Assembly: GCA_009914755.4 (NCBI GenBank)
Contig: CP068257.2
Span: 28,128,001-28,192,000, forward strand
Length of the DNA: 64,000 bases
Reading direction: 5' to 3'
From: the human T2T-CHM13v2.0 reference genome, Homo sapiens
Position numbers and translations under genes: made by a program. The notes below the pieces were generated by a model. It made no database searches and was not told the origin of the DNA. It worked only from the letters and a program-made list of their open reading frames with translations. This document shows positions 1-13,726 of the stretch, piece after piece. Numbering within the stretch: position 1 is the stretch's first letter; every line of letters starts with the position of its first letter.

Positions 1-905
1 CATGCAATGCTCTATCCTAGTTCAGGGGACAGGATTTCTCTAGTTAACAGATATTCTGTCTTTGGAAATGACTGATCTAAATGTCAGTCTGCATGTCTTT
101 CCAGGAAGGCATCATCATCGTAAGGTGCCATTATGAATAACATTCTGAGATCACCTGAAACACTAACTTAAAAATAAGACATGCTAAGTTTTAAAATCAT
201 AGCATTTTCTCTCATTTTTAAAATGATTAATTTATCATAAAGGAAACACTAGGTTCACTGTCTCATTCTGCAAATTGTGAGGAATTACATTTGAAGGTAA
301 GCAGGCCACTTACAACTTATTCATCCTAGTCTTCAATTATTACAGCTATTTAAGTGATAATTGCTATTCTAATTTCACTAGAATTCCAACTATAATAGGA
401 AAAGAGGTAAATAACTTTTCAGGGGCTCATGCTTGCATTTCTTTGATTATACAAGAGAAAAGAAGACAATATGTGAGTTTCTCTTCACTCACTTTTGGCA
501 ACTTCTGTCTGTGCATTAAGAATTCTAGAGCTGTAGCACCAGGAGGACAGGACCACCCTGTATTCAAATTGGGAGCCTCTACAAAGTCACCTTTAGACTG
601 CAGAGTCATGCTTTTCTCATCAAACCAGCCAGCCCTAATTTTCTTTAGGTGTCATTTGTTTACATTTCAAAATGAATAAATTCCTGTCAACGTGTTCAAT
701 GTAGTACTTGAAATGAAATACTGGATATGTCACACAGACAGCTGAGATTATCTTCTGAAGTCCTAAGATTCTGATTAATGAGAAAATGATGTAAAGCCAG
801 ATTCTTCTCCCATTCCTCCAGGTTTCTAGCTTGAAATTTGCCTTCTGAAAGTAAGCCAGCTTTTCTCCTCCAAAGTAGTGCCAGGTTTCTGTCTGCTAAG
901 GGGAC

Positions 906-1267
906 TGATATGGTTTGACTCTGTGTCCCCACCTAAATCTCATCTTGAATTGTAATCTCCATGTGTTGAGGGAGGGATCTGGTGGGAAGTGACTGGATCA
1001 TGGGGGTGGTTCCCCCATGCTGTTCTCATGATAATGCAGGAGTTTTCACAAGATCTGATGGTTTTATAAGTGTTTGGTAGTTCCTCCAGCTTTCATTCTC
1101 CTTCCTGCTCCCCTGTGAAGAAGATGCCTGCTTCCCCTTTGCCTTCTGCCATGATTGTAAGTTTCCTGAGGCTTCCCCAGCCATATGAAATTGTGAGTTC
1201 ATTAAACCTCTTTTCTTCATAAATTACCCCATCTCAGGCATTCTTTACATGAAAATGGACTAATACA
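906..1267 (+). mobile_element. Solo LTR of the ERVL-MaLR THE1/MST type, about 360 bp. It starts TGATATGGTTTG and ends GACTAATACA, and is flanked by a perfect 5-bp duplication GGGAC at 901-905 and 1268-1272.
   Basis: Canonical THE1-like termini (TG...CA), internal motifs such as ccatgattgtaag, cattaaacctctttcttcataaattacccca, and a 5-bp target-site duplication seen directly. Confidence 0.7.
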
Positions 1268-3620
1268 GGGACTAAGCGTCACAAGAAGGCATAAAGCCTT
1301 CAGTGTATTGCAGCTCTGTCCAATGGTGGTCAAATTATTTGAGGAGTGGGTGGGCTGGGGTTAGTATTAGAGTTTACATCATGGTCCTGTCTTTTGACTT
1401 TTGTCCTTCCCTTTCTCCTGCCCTTAGGGTATCAGAGCCAGGAGGGTGGCTGACTCTGATGATAGAACAAGAGCCAAATATGCTCCTGATGCTCCAGTAG
1501 AGTGGTCTTCAGGTGATCGAGATTCCGAGCTCCCAAACCAAGGCAAGAATAAGGAAACTGGAACAGGAGGGCATGCTGGGCTCCAGCCTCCCGTGACAGT
1601 GAAACATTGCCTTAGAATGACTGTTGTTAATACAATTGAGGAAATATAACACGTAATCTTGTGATTAAGTTATACACAATTTGATTTAAATTTAGTTCCT
1701 GGCAGTTGCTAGGTTTCACTCTGGCATACTCTCTCAGTGTGGAAGCTGCTGATTCAGAAAGAGATGTTCCAAAGCTCATGTATTTCCTGGACACATCCAA
1801 GTACTGAATAAAATGCTGGTTAAATAAATGAGTTAATTTTCCAAGAAAGACACCAATTACTTTTAGATTCTTTTGCTTTCTTAAGCAGATGTGTACACAT
1901 TCGGAAACATAATTGGAGGGAGGATAGAATGGGGGAAAACATGGAACTGCTGGGAGCTCAGTCAGAGACTGAAGATGATGCAGAGACTTATTGAGAGGAC
2001 CACATTGGGTGCCTGGAAACTGGAAGAACAAGACACTTGGACTCCTATTTTTTCACAAGTTGGTAGGATGGGGACAGAAGCATGGGAGGTGAAAACATTA
2101 TCTAGGATTAAATACTACTTTCAGTTTACTAGTGCCACAGAAAACACTTTATTTTTCCACGGATGTTCAGAAACCTTTATTTATTTCCTCCCTTAGCAGT
2201 GTGGATTTTGTAGGACAGAACCATACTAATTTCATACAGATGCTGGGACTGTCTCTAGGCAGAGTTAATTAGTGTTAGTTAACAGCATTAGTGTACCCAC
2301 ATCCATAAAAAAGTAATTTCCCTATTGCAAAGTCATCTAAAATTTTGTGTCAGCTCAGACTCTCCTATTTCCCCTGAATGTCATTCAAAGGAAACACCAC
2401 TAACAAAAAGCTAATTAACCTCCACAGAAATAATTTTTAAATCCAAAGTTTGATGTCCAAATTCCCCTAGGCAAGGTCAGTAGTGAAGCCACACAATCAA
2501 TGCTGATGGCTATATCTTCATAAACAAATAAACACATCATAAGATCATAAGATAACTGATTTCTAGATACCTACACAGTAGCAGAAATCAGAAAGGTACC
2601 TGCTCCTCACAAAAGCATCAGAATTAAAAGCATTGTGAACTTCCTTTTGATAGTTTGGATGCAAAAATTAAATATATTATAAACGTGAATAAACTTCACC
2701 TTATCCTTAACAAGCTAGATACTGGAACTTAGAGATATTAAAATAGTGAATTCAGAAAACTTAGGGCTTTCAGTCTTCAATTCCCAGACTATTTATAAAA
2801 TGCATTCCAAGCCCTTTTAGATGTTTTATACATTATTATTGACTTGAAAATATAAATCGAATAGGTTGAAATAAAACATGATTTTCAAATGGAGAAAAAA
2901 TAGTGAGATATATTTCCTTTAAAAGATCATGACCTCTTTGCATTTCTGTCTCCCTTCTTATAGCTCCTGCCTCTGGCAGAGCCACATGCTCTTAGAAGAA
3001 CAGAGGAATAGTCTAATATAGTGCCAAGAAGTCAAAGACCTTTATTTCTTTCTAAGTTACTTGAGCACTGTGCACACACCACACTTGAGTGTGCAGCATT
3101 TTTGTCCCTCCTACTTTTATTTTATAAGAAAATCTAATATGTCTCTTTTTTCTGCTTGCTTTTATGAGTAGAGATTATGCTTTCAAGTAATGAGAAAGGC
3201 TCATTTCTTCACTTTGCAATTTCCTTCTAATCTTTTTTATTTTTATTTTTCCACCTTGAGAGGTCTCCTTGCTACCTTATACCCTAATGGATTCCTCCGT
3301 GCTCCACAGACATGGCTACAGATTTATTTAAGTTATTGCATTCCTTCTGTCTTCTGTCATTCAACTGCAAACTCTGTAAAATTCTTTTCTTTCTAGCCCT
3401 AAATTGGCTATATAAGATGGCTTTTCCCAATAGTTACTGAGAGGGCCTTTAGGGAAAGAATGCTCTTTGGCTGACCCTGAACCACCATATGCCAGGGGAC
3501 AGTTAATCCTGCTTCGAATGGGGACTAAGAGGGAGGAAGTAGAGCAGAATAAGAATCCCTCCCTCTGACAAATACAGCAAACTGGGTTATATTGTCCACC
3601 TGCATGTTGTCCACCTGTGA

Positions 3621-3998
<378 letters not shown>

Positions 3999-5654
3999 AG
4001 AAAGTTCTTCTTTAGACAACTCAGTATGTTCTTGGCATATCCTACACTCAGCCACAGGCCTTAAAACAAAATCCTTCCAAGCATGATGTTCTTAATATAA
4101 AACAGTAGTTCTGAATCACAGACGATTTTATTGTCTCCACCCCTAGCTACATTTTGGCATTATCTGAAGACATTTTTGATTGTTACGATTGAGTAGGTGC
4201 TACTGGCTTCCAGTGGGTAGAGGCCAGGGTGTTGCTAAACATTCTGCAATGCACAGGGCAGCCCCCCACAATGAAGAATAATCTGATCCTTCTGTTGAGG
4301 TTGAGGAATCCTGAGATAGAGGTCTGACTCCCATCTCTTCAAGCCAGAAAATACATAAGACCTGGTTGAGAGGCCTGCAAAGCTTTTGATAACACCAAGT
4401 TTTGGATTTTATTCCACAGACAAAATCAAAACCAGCATTGTTGCATCCATGACTCACTAGCACACAGTAGCATTGCTAGAGTAAATAGCTACCTGTTTCT
4501 AAATATTCTTTCTCACACATAGAGACAGCTGTTCGTGAGCATAGTACGATATACTTCATCAGAGGGACTTCTCTGAAAACTTGTTTGTATAAGGGAGAAG
4601 AATAAGTGAAGTTGCTCTTCTCCCCCAGGGCCGCATGTACTTTGAAAACAGTCTCTTTGAAATGGCTTCCCTCTTCTAAATCTTCTTGAGGTTATAATGC
4701 AGAGTATTTTCTTTGATGTTTCTTCCGTCTGTCTCTCTTTATGAAAGAAGCTCTTCAATTGCATGAAAGGCTCTGTTATGGGATTGTTTCCCAAAGACTG
4801 AAGATTCTGGGGTCTTAACTCATTTAGTAGTAAAATAGGAGTGCACTTTGTAGGACCCACCTTCTCCTAGCACTTTCCTGAGTCTGCCTAAGTGTAGAAA
4901 TTCCCAAGCTAGCTAGACAGCAACTTTCTCTGTGGGGCTGTGTGACTGGCACATACTTCATCCGAAGGAGGGGTAGAATGGTGCCCATGGAAAAGGGAGA
5001 AAGAAAATGAGAAAAATCACAAAACCACTGAATATTAATGCATCATAAAATCAGGGGAAATGGTCAAATAAAGGAATGGGACAATGTGTGTGTTTTAAAA
5101 TATCCTGTATGTCTTTTTCTGGATATTTCCAGGATGTGTATGGATGTCGATTGTAGTAAACAGAATTATTATCTATACATTACAGCCTCTTAATGGGATC
5201 TGCAATAATAATGGAATTCTTTTGAACATTTTCTATAATTAATCTAGACAGCAATTTGCTCATATGTATGTGGCTTTTAGAACAATTAAGAGAATACAAC
5301 CTGTCTGCATTATGGAAGTTGTTGTGACCTTCATATAAAAAAAGGTTTGCTCAGGAGAAAGATGGAAAAAAAAAAAGAACTGCAATATAAAAATATTCTA
5401 TAACATAAATTTTTTAAAACACAGGACTTTGGACATTGTGGGAGGAAGAAGTACCCCATTAATATATTTATTTCTCTACAGTAGGAAAGTCTCCAGCAAT
5501 CAGAGAACAATTTTAGAGGTCTCAAAAGGCTCTTGTGCTTCAACTTTTAATCTGGTAGTGACAGGCAATTGAAGTAGACTTGCCTTTGAGTCAGAAGTCC
5601 CTACTCCTCTTCTCTTTCATTTTGGTTCAAGTTAATTTCTCCTCAGCTGAAATT

Positions 5655-5712
5655 TGTATGTATGTGTGTGTGTGTGTGTGTTTGTGTGTGTGTGTTCTCC
5701 TCAGCTGAAATT

Positions 5713-5759
<47 letters not shown>

Positions 5760-5760
5760 A
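5655..5760. repeat. (TG)n/(GT)n microsatellite in two blocks, 5655-5694 and 5712-5760. It sits inside a ~57-bp tandem duplication whose units each begin tctcctcagctgaaatt (5638 and 5695).
   Basis: Direct reading. The ORF-track HTHTHTHT peptide reflects this tract. Confidence 0.9.
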
Positions 5761-7039
5761 TTCCATGTAATGGAAAGACAATAAGAGACAGAACATTTGT
5801 ATTTTACTTCCATGACTTGCCTTTTTGGCTTCACTCCAGATAAAACTATTTTTAAGCGCTGGCAATGGGGTCCCAGCTACCAATCTTCCGTGCTGGAGGT
5901 GACGGTGTAGAAAGGAGCAAAAAGTGCTTTCCCTCATGCAAGGTGCTTGAAGGTGTTTATACGGGAAAATGATTATCGAGAGTTTTTAGGCTGGATGACC
6001 TCCTTTATGGGGAAGATGTTCTTCAGGAAGCCAAGAGACTTGAGTGCTAAGAGACTTGGGTGCTAATTCTGGGTATGCCTACAGCTTCTTGGCTTTGAAA
6101 AAGACACTGATGAGTCAGTTGTTTTCATCTCTGATCTGGGATAATAAAATCTGATGCCAATGATCTTAGTCCCTTAAAAGTGGAACCTGAGGCCAAGGCT
6201 TTTGTGCGAGTCTTTTGAGATGGGAATTCTGGGGAGAAATACAGGACAGGAGAGTAAAATAGAAAAGGAGAGAAAGACGATACAACGATGCATTACTGAG
6301 CTGTCCACCACTATAAATACCTGGTGCTTGATTCTGCAGGGACCTTCTGAGAGCCTTCTGAATGGTGTCTCAGAACTGTCCACCCAGGGCACAAAAAGAG
6401 GAAGCATGATGTATCCGTTTTCACTCCCATCGGTTAAGAATGGCACCATGGGTGTTAATGTCCTCCGCCTCTGGGTTGCATGGGCATATGTGCAGGGGGG
6501 ATGCCACCTGAACCCCATGCTGCAGATCGGAGGAGCCCGGGGAGGAAGAGAGAGGCAGCCAGACAGACCATGCTGAAGAGTTGTCTATTTCAGTCTCCTA
6601 AAACCAGATTTGAGCTCGTTCTGTTCACCATACACACATTTTCTGTCCTCAACTTACGCAGTTTTCCTGATGTGTCTTCTTCTTTGACTGAAGAATTGCA
6701 AGTCTATTCTTCACACTCAAGTCAAATATAACTTTCCACCAAGCTGTTTCTAATGATAGTGAATACCGTGTTTACTTCAAAATGTTGCTTTGAGGATTAA
6801 ATGAGAAAATGCTTTTAAAGCATTTAGCGTAGTCTTAAGCATAGAGGTAACAATCAATCAATTATTGTTGTTCTTTAAATTTTTTTTCTTAATGATTATT
6901 ATATTTGCTAGATTACTAAGCACCATGAGGGCAGAAACTGTGCCATTTGTGAGTGGCTCATATAGTGCCTGGCTACTAGTAGGTGTTTGTTATAGGTAGA
7001 ATTGTGACAAGCAAAAAAAGACACCTTGTAATCAGAACC

Positions 7040-7781
7040 TGAGAACATGACTTTATTAGGAGACAAGGTATTTATAGAGGGAATCAAATTAAAACGAGGT
7101 CACTAGGATGGGCCCTAATGCCATACAACAGGAGTCTTTATAAAAAGGGGACATTTTGACACAGAGACAGACGCGTACAGAGAGAAGATGATGTGAAGAC
7201 ACAGGGAGAATTCATCTACAACTGCAGTCCCCAACCTTTTTGGCATGAGAAACCGGTTTCCTGGAAGATAATTTTTCCAAGGACTGGAGGTGAGGGGTGG
7301 TGGGAGCTGGTTTTGGGATGAAACGGTTCCACCTTAGATCATCAGGTATTAGATTCTCATAAGGAGTGTGCAACCTACATCCCTCCCATGCGCAGTTCAC
7401 AATAGGGTTTGCGCTCCTAAGAGAATCTAATGTCCCCGCTGATCTGACAAGAGGCGGAGCTCAGGTGGTAATGCTCACTTACCCGCTGGCCACTCATCTC
7501 CTGTTGTGAGCGGTTCCTAACAGGCCATGGACCGGTACCGGTCTATGCCCCTGTGGGACTGGGGATCCCTGATACACAAGCCAAGGAATACCTGAGGCTT
7601 CTAGAAGCTAGGAGGGAGACCGGGGACAGATTCTCCCTTACGGCCCTCAGGAGCAACCAACCCTGCTAACATCTTGATTTCAGCCTTCTAGCCTTCAAAA
7701 CTGCAGGATAATAAATTTCTGGTTTTCTAAGCCACCCAGGTTATGGTACTTTGTTATGGCAGTCTTAGGAAGCTAATACAG
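7040..7781 (+). mobile_element. ERVL/MaLR-type (MLT-like) LTR 3' portion, interrupted by the hAT element at 7222-7571. It ends ...tttgttatggcagtcttaggaagctaatacag.
   Basis: Motifs typical of MaLR/ERVL LTR tails: gggccctaatgcca, gtgaagacacagggagaa, catctacaa|gccaaggaa split across the insertion, aataaatttctggttttctaagccacccaggttatggtactttgttatggcag. The 5' boundary is uncertain. Confidence 0.5.
7222..7571 (+). mobile_element. Non-autonomous hAT-type DNA transposon, MER30-like, about 350 bp with terminal inverted repeats (cagtccccaacctttttggc ... ggttggggatccctg). It is inserted into the MaLR LTR. Diverged 8-bp duplication atctacaa / atacacaa.
   Basis: Terminal inverted repeats and internal motifs (gatcatcaggtattagattctcataaggag, gcgcagttcacaatagggtt, gctgatctgacaagaggcggagctcaggtggtaatgc) match my memory of the MER30 (hAT-Charlie) consensus. 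The family name is from memory only. Confidence 0.65.
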
Positions 7782-10700
7782 TGTTCACTGAATTTTTGAG
7801 TTTTTGGAATAAATAGATGAGTGACAAAGATGTGAGTATGATGTTGTTTTTTATAGTAGTTCACCCTACATATCTTTCAACGTCCAGATAAATTCCCACG
7901 AGTGCTATTCTATAGTCCTTCCCTGATCTTCTGGATGCGGGGAGATCTTCTCTATCAGTAACTGCATAGTTCTTCTTTCAACTGATACAAACACTGCTTT
8001 GTGACTTTTCTGGAATGGCTAGACAACTCGCGTTTTAAATTTATGGTCCAAGTATATATGAATACTTCATCCGGAATTGGAAACAGATTGTGTCACCCAT
8101 CGTGCTCAGCTTCATCGAGTTAAATGCCTGAAGGCCCTATATGTTAGTAAATGCCCCAATCTGCTTCTCCAGTAGTGCCCACGTCTGGGTCTGATGCTCT
8201 GCTTCCTTCCATATGTGACATTTCTAACATCAGCGTAACAAAGTGAGAGGGTGCAGGGGTGCCGATGACTCCAACAATGACCCTTGTCAGCACTTGTGGG
8301 ATTGGGACAAATGACTGCTAATATTCAGATATATAAAACATGCACATGTAGCCACCACTGTCTCCAGGCAGGAAGGTGACCAGGCAGGCTGGAAAGCAGA
8401 GAGACTCACATCCATTTTTTGAATACCCAAACCCATATACTCCCAACAGGATTTTGATAAATGTATTACTCAAATAAATCTAGTTTACTGTTTTTGTGCA
8501 AACAGATAAATATCTTCCTACCACTTCTTGTTCCAACTTGCTTCAACAAGAACATCTAATAAAAATATCTTATTTCAGCATTTGTTCATGGCTTGTGCAG
8601 ACATTGTTTTTGAAATAATAGTCTTTAAAACGCTGGTCTCAAAATGCTTTCATGAGAAATTCATAGAGGCAAAATATTCACTTGCCTAGGTCCTCAGTAG
8701 TGGTTGATAAAAATTTTAGCAATTAGTGTCACCTTATTTCAGTATGAAACAGAAAACAGTGATGTTCTTATTATTAAGTCTTCTAAATTAGTAAGTGGGA
8801 TGAGTCAGGAGGGAATTAATGACACCAAAGGTAAAAATAATGTAGTGAATATGGTTGTATTAGGAAATTTTAATTAAATGTGGTTTCTATTATAATTGGT
8901 TCTGATATTTTATTAACATGCTTCTACATGTAACTCTATCAAAATATGCATACAATCATGCCAACAGTTTTTAAACATTTGAGGTTTTAATAAATCCAGT
9001 ACCCATAGTGACTCTGATAGTTGCAGTGTTTAAATGAAAAACCATGTCAACATTTTATTTTATCTGAATTATGTAGTTCCAAAACTCATACTATGGCTGC
9101 CCTAAAAACAGCTACTCATTCCGTTTTCTCCCAGAGAACTTTATACATATATTTGGTAGAGCAGGGATTCACTACTGTTAATAAATAAGAAGGCCCCGAT
9201 GTCTAATGGAGTAAGAGAAATAAAATATAAGCTTTGTGGGGGAAAACAAGGTACTAATTACGTTTACTTTTATTTTCATTTGATGATAATTGATTTTTGT
9301 TTCAAGATCAGTAGAGTATGTGATCTCCATGCTCTTGCATTTAGGACTAGCTGAAGTCTTGGTAGAAGCAGAGGGCATGCTGGCCAGTGAAATGTTATTC
9401 TTGGACTTCAGTTTTTCCTTCTATAACAAATACTAGTAATGGTTGGTACCTGGCTCATGGGAAAGGTGTTCATACGCTTGATGTCACGCTGATGGGAAAA
9501 TGTTGATCTGATTGGCTGCACAAACCCAAGCCAGTGTGGGCTGGATATCACTGATGAGTAAGTGACATTCCCTTGTTGAGAATCAGAAGTTGACATCACC
9601 CAGTAAGCACCTTTTGGCTATACCAGTAGTGAAAATATTGAAAATACTGCTGTATTGCCAGCTGGCAAATAGCTGCTGTCTTAAGACTCTGGGAGCTCCT
9701 CCCACTCCTATCACTATGCCCGCCCCCTAGTCCCTCCTGTAAGGTCACTGTATTCCTCTAGTTCTACCAAATAAAAGATGAACACTCAGCAAGCAGCTCT
9801 GGGACAGCCAGATCCATTCTTTTTAGTTGATGCCAAGTCCCCCAGTTGTTTGAATACCATTCCTGGAGTTATGATACCAATCTCATAGTTTATTCGTTGG
9901 AACTTGCCATTTTCAAAAGATCAGTGCATTATTCAAAAACAAATTAATTCCTTTTGGAAGATCTGGTTCTTTTTACAGGCACATTTTTTTTCACTTCATT
10001 GAATCTTTCGAAATGGAAATGTTTAAACACTCTTGGCTGTTTTTTATTGAAATACGTCTTGGTCCATAGGTAAGAAAATCAACTGAATACAATTTTTGTT
10101 CATTATTGAAGAAGGCTGTAACTCATATTTAAGAAGTGTTTGCTGCCCTTTTTGAGTTATACTATGAAAAAATGACTTTAGATAAAAATAGTTTTTGAAA
10201 GTGTGTTATTTGTCTACAACAGCATCAACACTCAGGGACAACCGTTTCCTGCCCTCTTGAAGCTAATTTCTAACTTTCCAATACACTAGTGTAAACCATT
10301 TCTTACATACTATTTCAACAGAACCAAAAATCAATAGCAAAATGTTTTAAACTACAAAGACATAGTCTTCTATGTAATCAAGGACAAAGTTTTATCTTTC
10401 ATATCCTTTTGGAGAGGAACTCAATTAACTATTTGTCATCCCCCCCACCCTTTTTTGAACAAAAACTAATTGCAGTTCTAAAATTTTCCTCATTAAAATA
10501 GAGCACTGTTTAAAACCAGTTTGTAAATTTGCGTATGTGAAACCCAAAAAAGAGATCCTTAAAAGGTTCAAATACTAAAATTGTGCAAAGAGCCATCAAC
10601 AAATTAGGCAGAAGCAGTTTGCAAAGTAGATGGGCCCATTTTCTTCACCACTTAATGGTTATGTTGGGTTAATTACGCATATGATAAATATCATGTTTCA

Positions 10701-11509
10701 GAAAAATTTTAAGTTTTCATTGAACTTTGTTACTATGTATTTCCTATATTCTTCTGTGTCAATGTTAATGTCCTCAATTAAAATTTCTAATGATTGGAAA
10801 ATTTTTTAACCTGTATTGCTCCATTTAGTAATACAGGGGCAATGAACAAATGCTGTTAATGATGATGATGGTGGTGATGTTGAGGGAGAGGAGGCTGATA
10901 AGGAGTCCATGTAACTTATAGATGGGTGCAAGAATTTAAATTCCTCAACAGAAATTCTGGAGAACAGATGCTTTATAAACTTTTATGATAATATCTTTTT
11001 GTATTAGTTATATAAAAACAAAGCAGTAAGGAACAGGGCTCTCGTCTGCTTTGTATCAGTGTAAGTCCTTCTTCTGAACATTCTGCAAGCGAGAGGACTG
11101 GGAGAAGATAAATGCACAGGACACAGAGGGCTGTATTTTCTCTAGGCTTCAACTCATTTTGGCCCATGGCAGTATATTCTGAAAATAGTATTTCAAAATA
11201 AGCACTGACAAATGTTCAGTGACAGGGTTGGCTTCCCTTCTTCACCTATGTTAGGTAATCGGCATCCACCTTTGGTATTTCCAAGTTTTCTGCTTGTCTA
11301 CTGGAGCCATGTGGGCAATTCTTCTTGACATATGTCTACCTGTCTTTCTCCAAGGCAGAGTCGTGAAATGTTTCCTTCTGCCTTCTTTATCACACTCTAC
11401 AAAGGAGCACAGCCTACTTCATCAAACATAGGCAGTAACTAGATCATCCCGCTTGGATTCCTATATATCTCTACAAGTCAGAGTCGGTGCATAACAACCT
11501 CTCGTACAC

Positions 11510-11598
11510 CATAGCTCATCTAGAAAACGATAAAAATGTGTACAGCATAGCTCATCAGATAGCATAGCTTATCTAGAAAATGATAAAAATGTGTACAG
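11510..11598. repeat. Minisatellite-like tandem repeat. A ~36-bp unit catagctcatctagaaaa(c/t)gataaaaatgtgtacag occurs twice (11510-11545, 11563-11598) with a partial unit between.
   Basis: Direct reading. Confidence 0.85.
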
Positions 11599-11982
11599 GG
11601 CAAAGGGATGAGGGGGTTGACATCAACATCTCAGCACATTTGTAACATATTCACAGGGGCTTGCATGTATTTTGTGGAAAAATCTGTCATAAACTAAGGC
11701 AATTTAAACTACATTCATTCAACTTAAAATAATAGCAAAACAACACACCTTCTCAAGTCTTGTCCATCCCTTTCCCGTCTGAAAAAAGTGTTTACTCATT
11801 CACTCAATCCAACTTTTATTTTTAGGCTATATGTAGCCAGACCATATCTCTATGCTGGATTTAGCATACAAAGATAAGGAACTAATATTTTCTGCTACTC
11901 GGTGGATTTATATCCTGAATATAAGCTCTACTGGCAAGGCATTCATCTTCCTTCCCTACTGTACCCTTCAATTTCTTATTCT

Positions 11983-12024
11983 GCAGAGAATTATAATATC
12001 CTTGCAGAGAATTATAATATCCTT
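11983..12024. repeat. Perfect tandem duplication of the 21-bp unit gcagagaattataatatcctt, two copies.
   Basis: Direct reading. It produces the AENYNILAENYNIL peptide in the ORF track. Confidence 0.9.
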
Positions 12025-12167
12025 ATATCCATTGGTTTCTCGGTTCATCAACAGAAAGCACTTTTGTCCCCTTGGCTTACAAACCAGCAACCTACTTTTC
12101 TTTCACTAACCATATGAATACAACTTCAACATATTATTCAACAACTTAAGCAAATTCAGACTGTTAG

Positions 12168-12594
<427 letters not shown>

Positions 12595-12890
12595 ATCAAG
12601 TGCTGTTTCTTTATCTCCCTCTTTTTCTAAGTTGAGGTTTCTGATCTGGCTGGCTTTATGGATGTGAGACCTGTGCAGTTGCATGGGGCTTGCACATCGG
12701 AGGACGCTGAGCTTGGTTTCATGCCCTGCTGTTGCTGTCTTGAACTTCTTAATAATTTTTGAAACAAGGGGATCCACATTTTCACTTTGCACTGGGCCTC
12801 TGAATTAAGTAGCTGGTCCTGCTCCTCATATACTATCCTGGGGTTAGTTGATTCTTTGCTTTTACTGCTAAAAACATCCACCAAAACTCA

Positions 12891-13151
12891 GCCAGGCATG
12901 GTAGCTCACGCCTGTAATCCCAGCACTCTGGGAGGCCAAGGCTGGCAGATCACGAGGTCAGGAGTTTGAGACCAGCCTGACCAACCTGGCGAAACCCCGT
13001 CTCTACTGAAAATACAAAAATTAGCCGGCATGCACCTGTAATCCCAGCTACTCAGGAGGCTGAGGTTGCAGTGAGCAGAGATTGCGCCACTGCACTCCAG
13101 CCTGGGCGACAGAGTGAGCCTCTGTCTCAAAAAAAAAAAAAAAAAAAAAAA
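12891..13151 (+). mobile_element. Alu in forward orientation with a 23-nt poly(A) tail. The right monomer carries an internal ~30-bp deletion.
   Basis: gccaggcatggtagctcacgcctgtaatcccagcactctgggaggcc ... cactgcactccagcctgggcgacagagtgag followed by A-run 13129-13151. Confidence 0.9.
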
Positions 13152-13726
13152 GTCCACCAATAGTTGCTTTGTCAATAGATGGCCTTAAACCATTGAAGAA
13201 TCAAGGAGTTTGGAATCCTGGTATTGTTGGACTTATAGACTTGTAGTACTAGAGTACAGAGAAGCACCTTTCTCTGCTTCCTCTCTCCAGCTACCAAGGA
13301 GCTCAGTTGCTCAGCTGAGGAGGTAAGAGCAGCAACCAGCCTGGACAGGCTTCTGCACTCCTGGTACAGTCCAGGGAGGCTCACCTTGCTGGTGGTATTT
13401 CCCTGCCAGCCCTCACAACTTGAACTTCCCTTCTTCCAAACCAGAAAGGAAAAAAAGGGCAACAGGAAAGGCCAGGTCTCCTGACTCTGCTCCATGGTGA
13501 GCCCTTTCCAACTGTGTGCTATTTTGCTGTTACCATGGTGATCAGTTGCTCTCTACTAAGTCATTTTTTTACCTTTCTCTTTCTTCAGTGGAAATTTGCA
13601 TTTTAGAACTTCTCCCCAAAACCTGTTCTTCTTAGCATTCCTTCTTCACTTCTACTACTGTATGAACAGACTTCCTTTTTAGATTTAAAGGCGCTAAACC
13701 TCCCTTTAGTAGTTTTATACTTACTT

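Noticed and set aside
6174-6576. Overlapping 114-aa (-) and 124-aa (+) ORFs in a locally GC-richer patch with a few CpGs. They could be an exon or a small CpG island.
   Set aside because: Mutually antisense ORFs of similar length are expected by chance in a GC-rich ~400-bp stretch. There is no splice-site or start context, and the peptides are low-complexity. CpG density is far below island criteria.
12891-13151. Possible target-site duplication tccaccaa for this Alu.
   Set aside because: The left copy does not abut the Alu 5' end (aactca intervenes), so I do not claim it as a duplication.
13172-13495. 107-aa ORF (-) adjacent to an Alu.
   Set aside because: No coding features. It starts within the Alu flank and ends in a non-conserved-looking GC-moderate stretch. 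It is within the chance-ORF length range for 64 kb.
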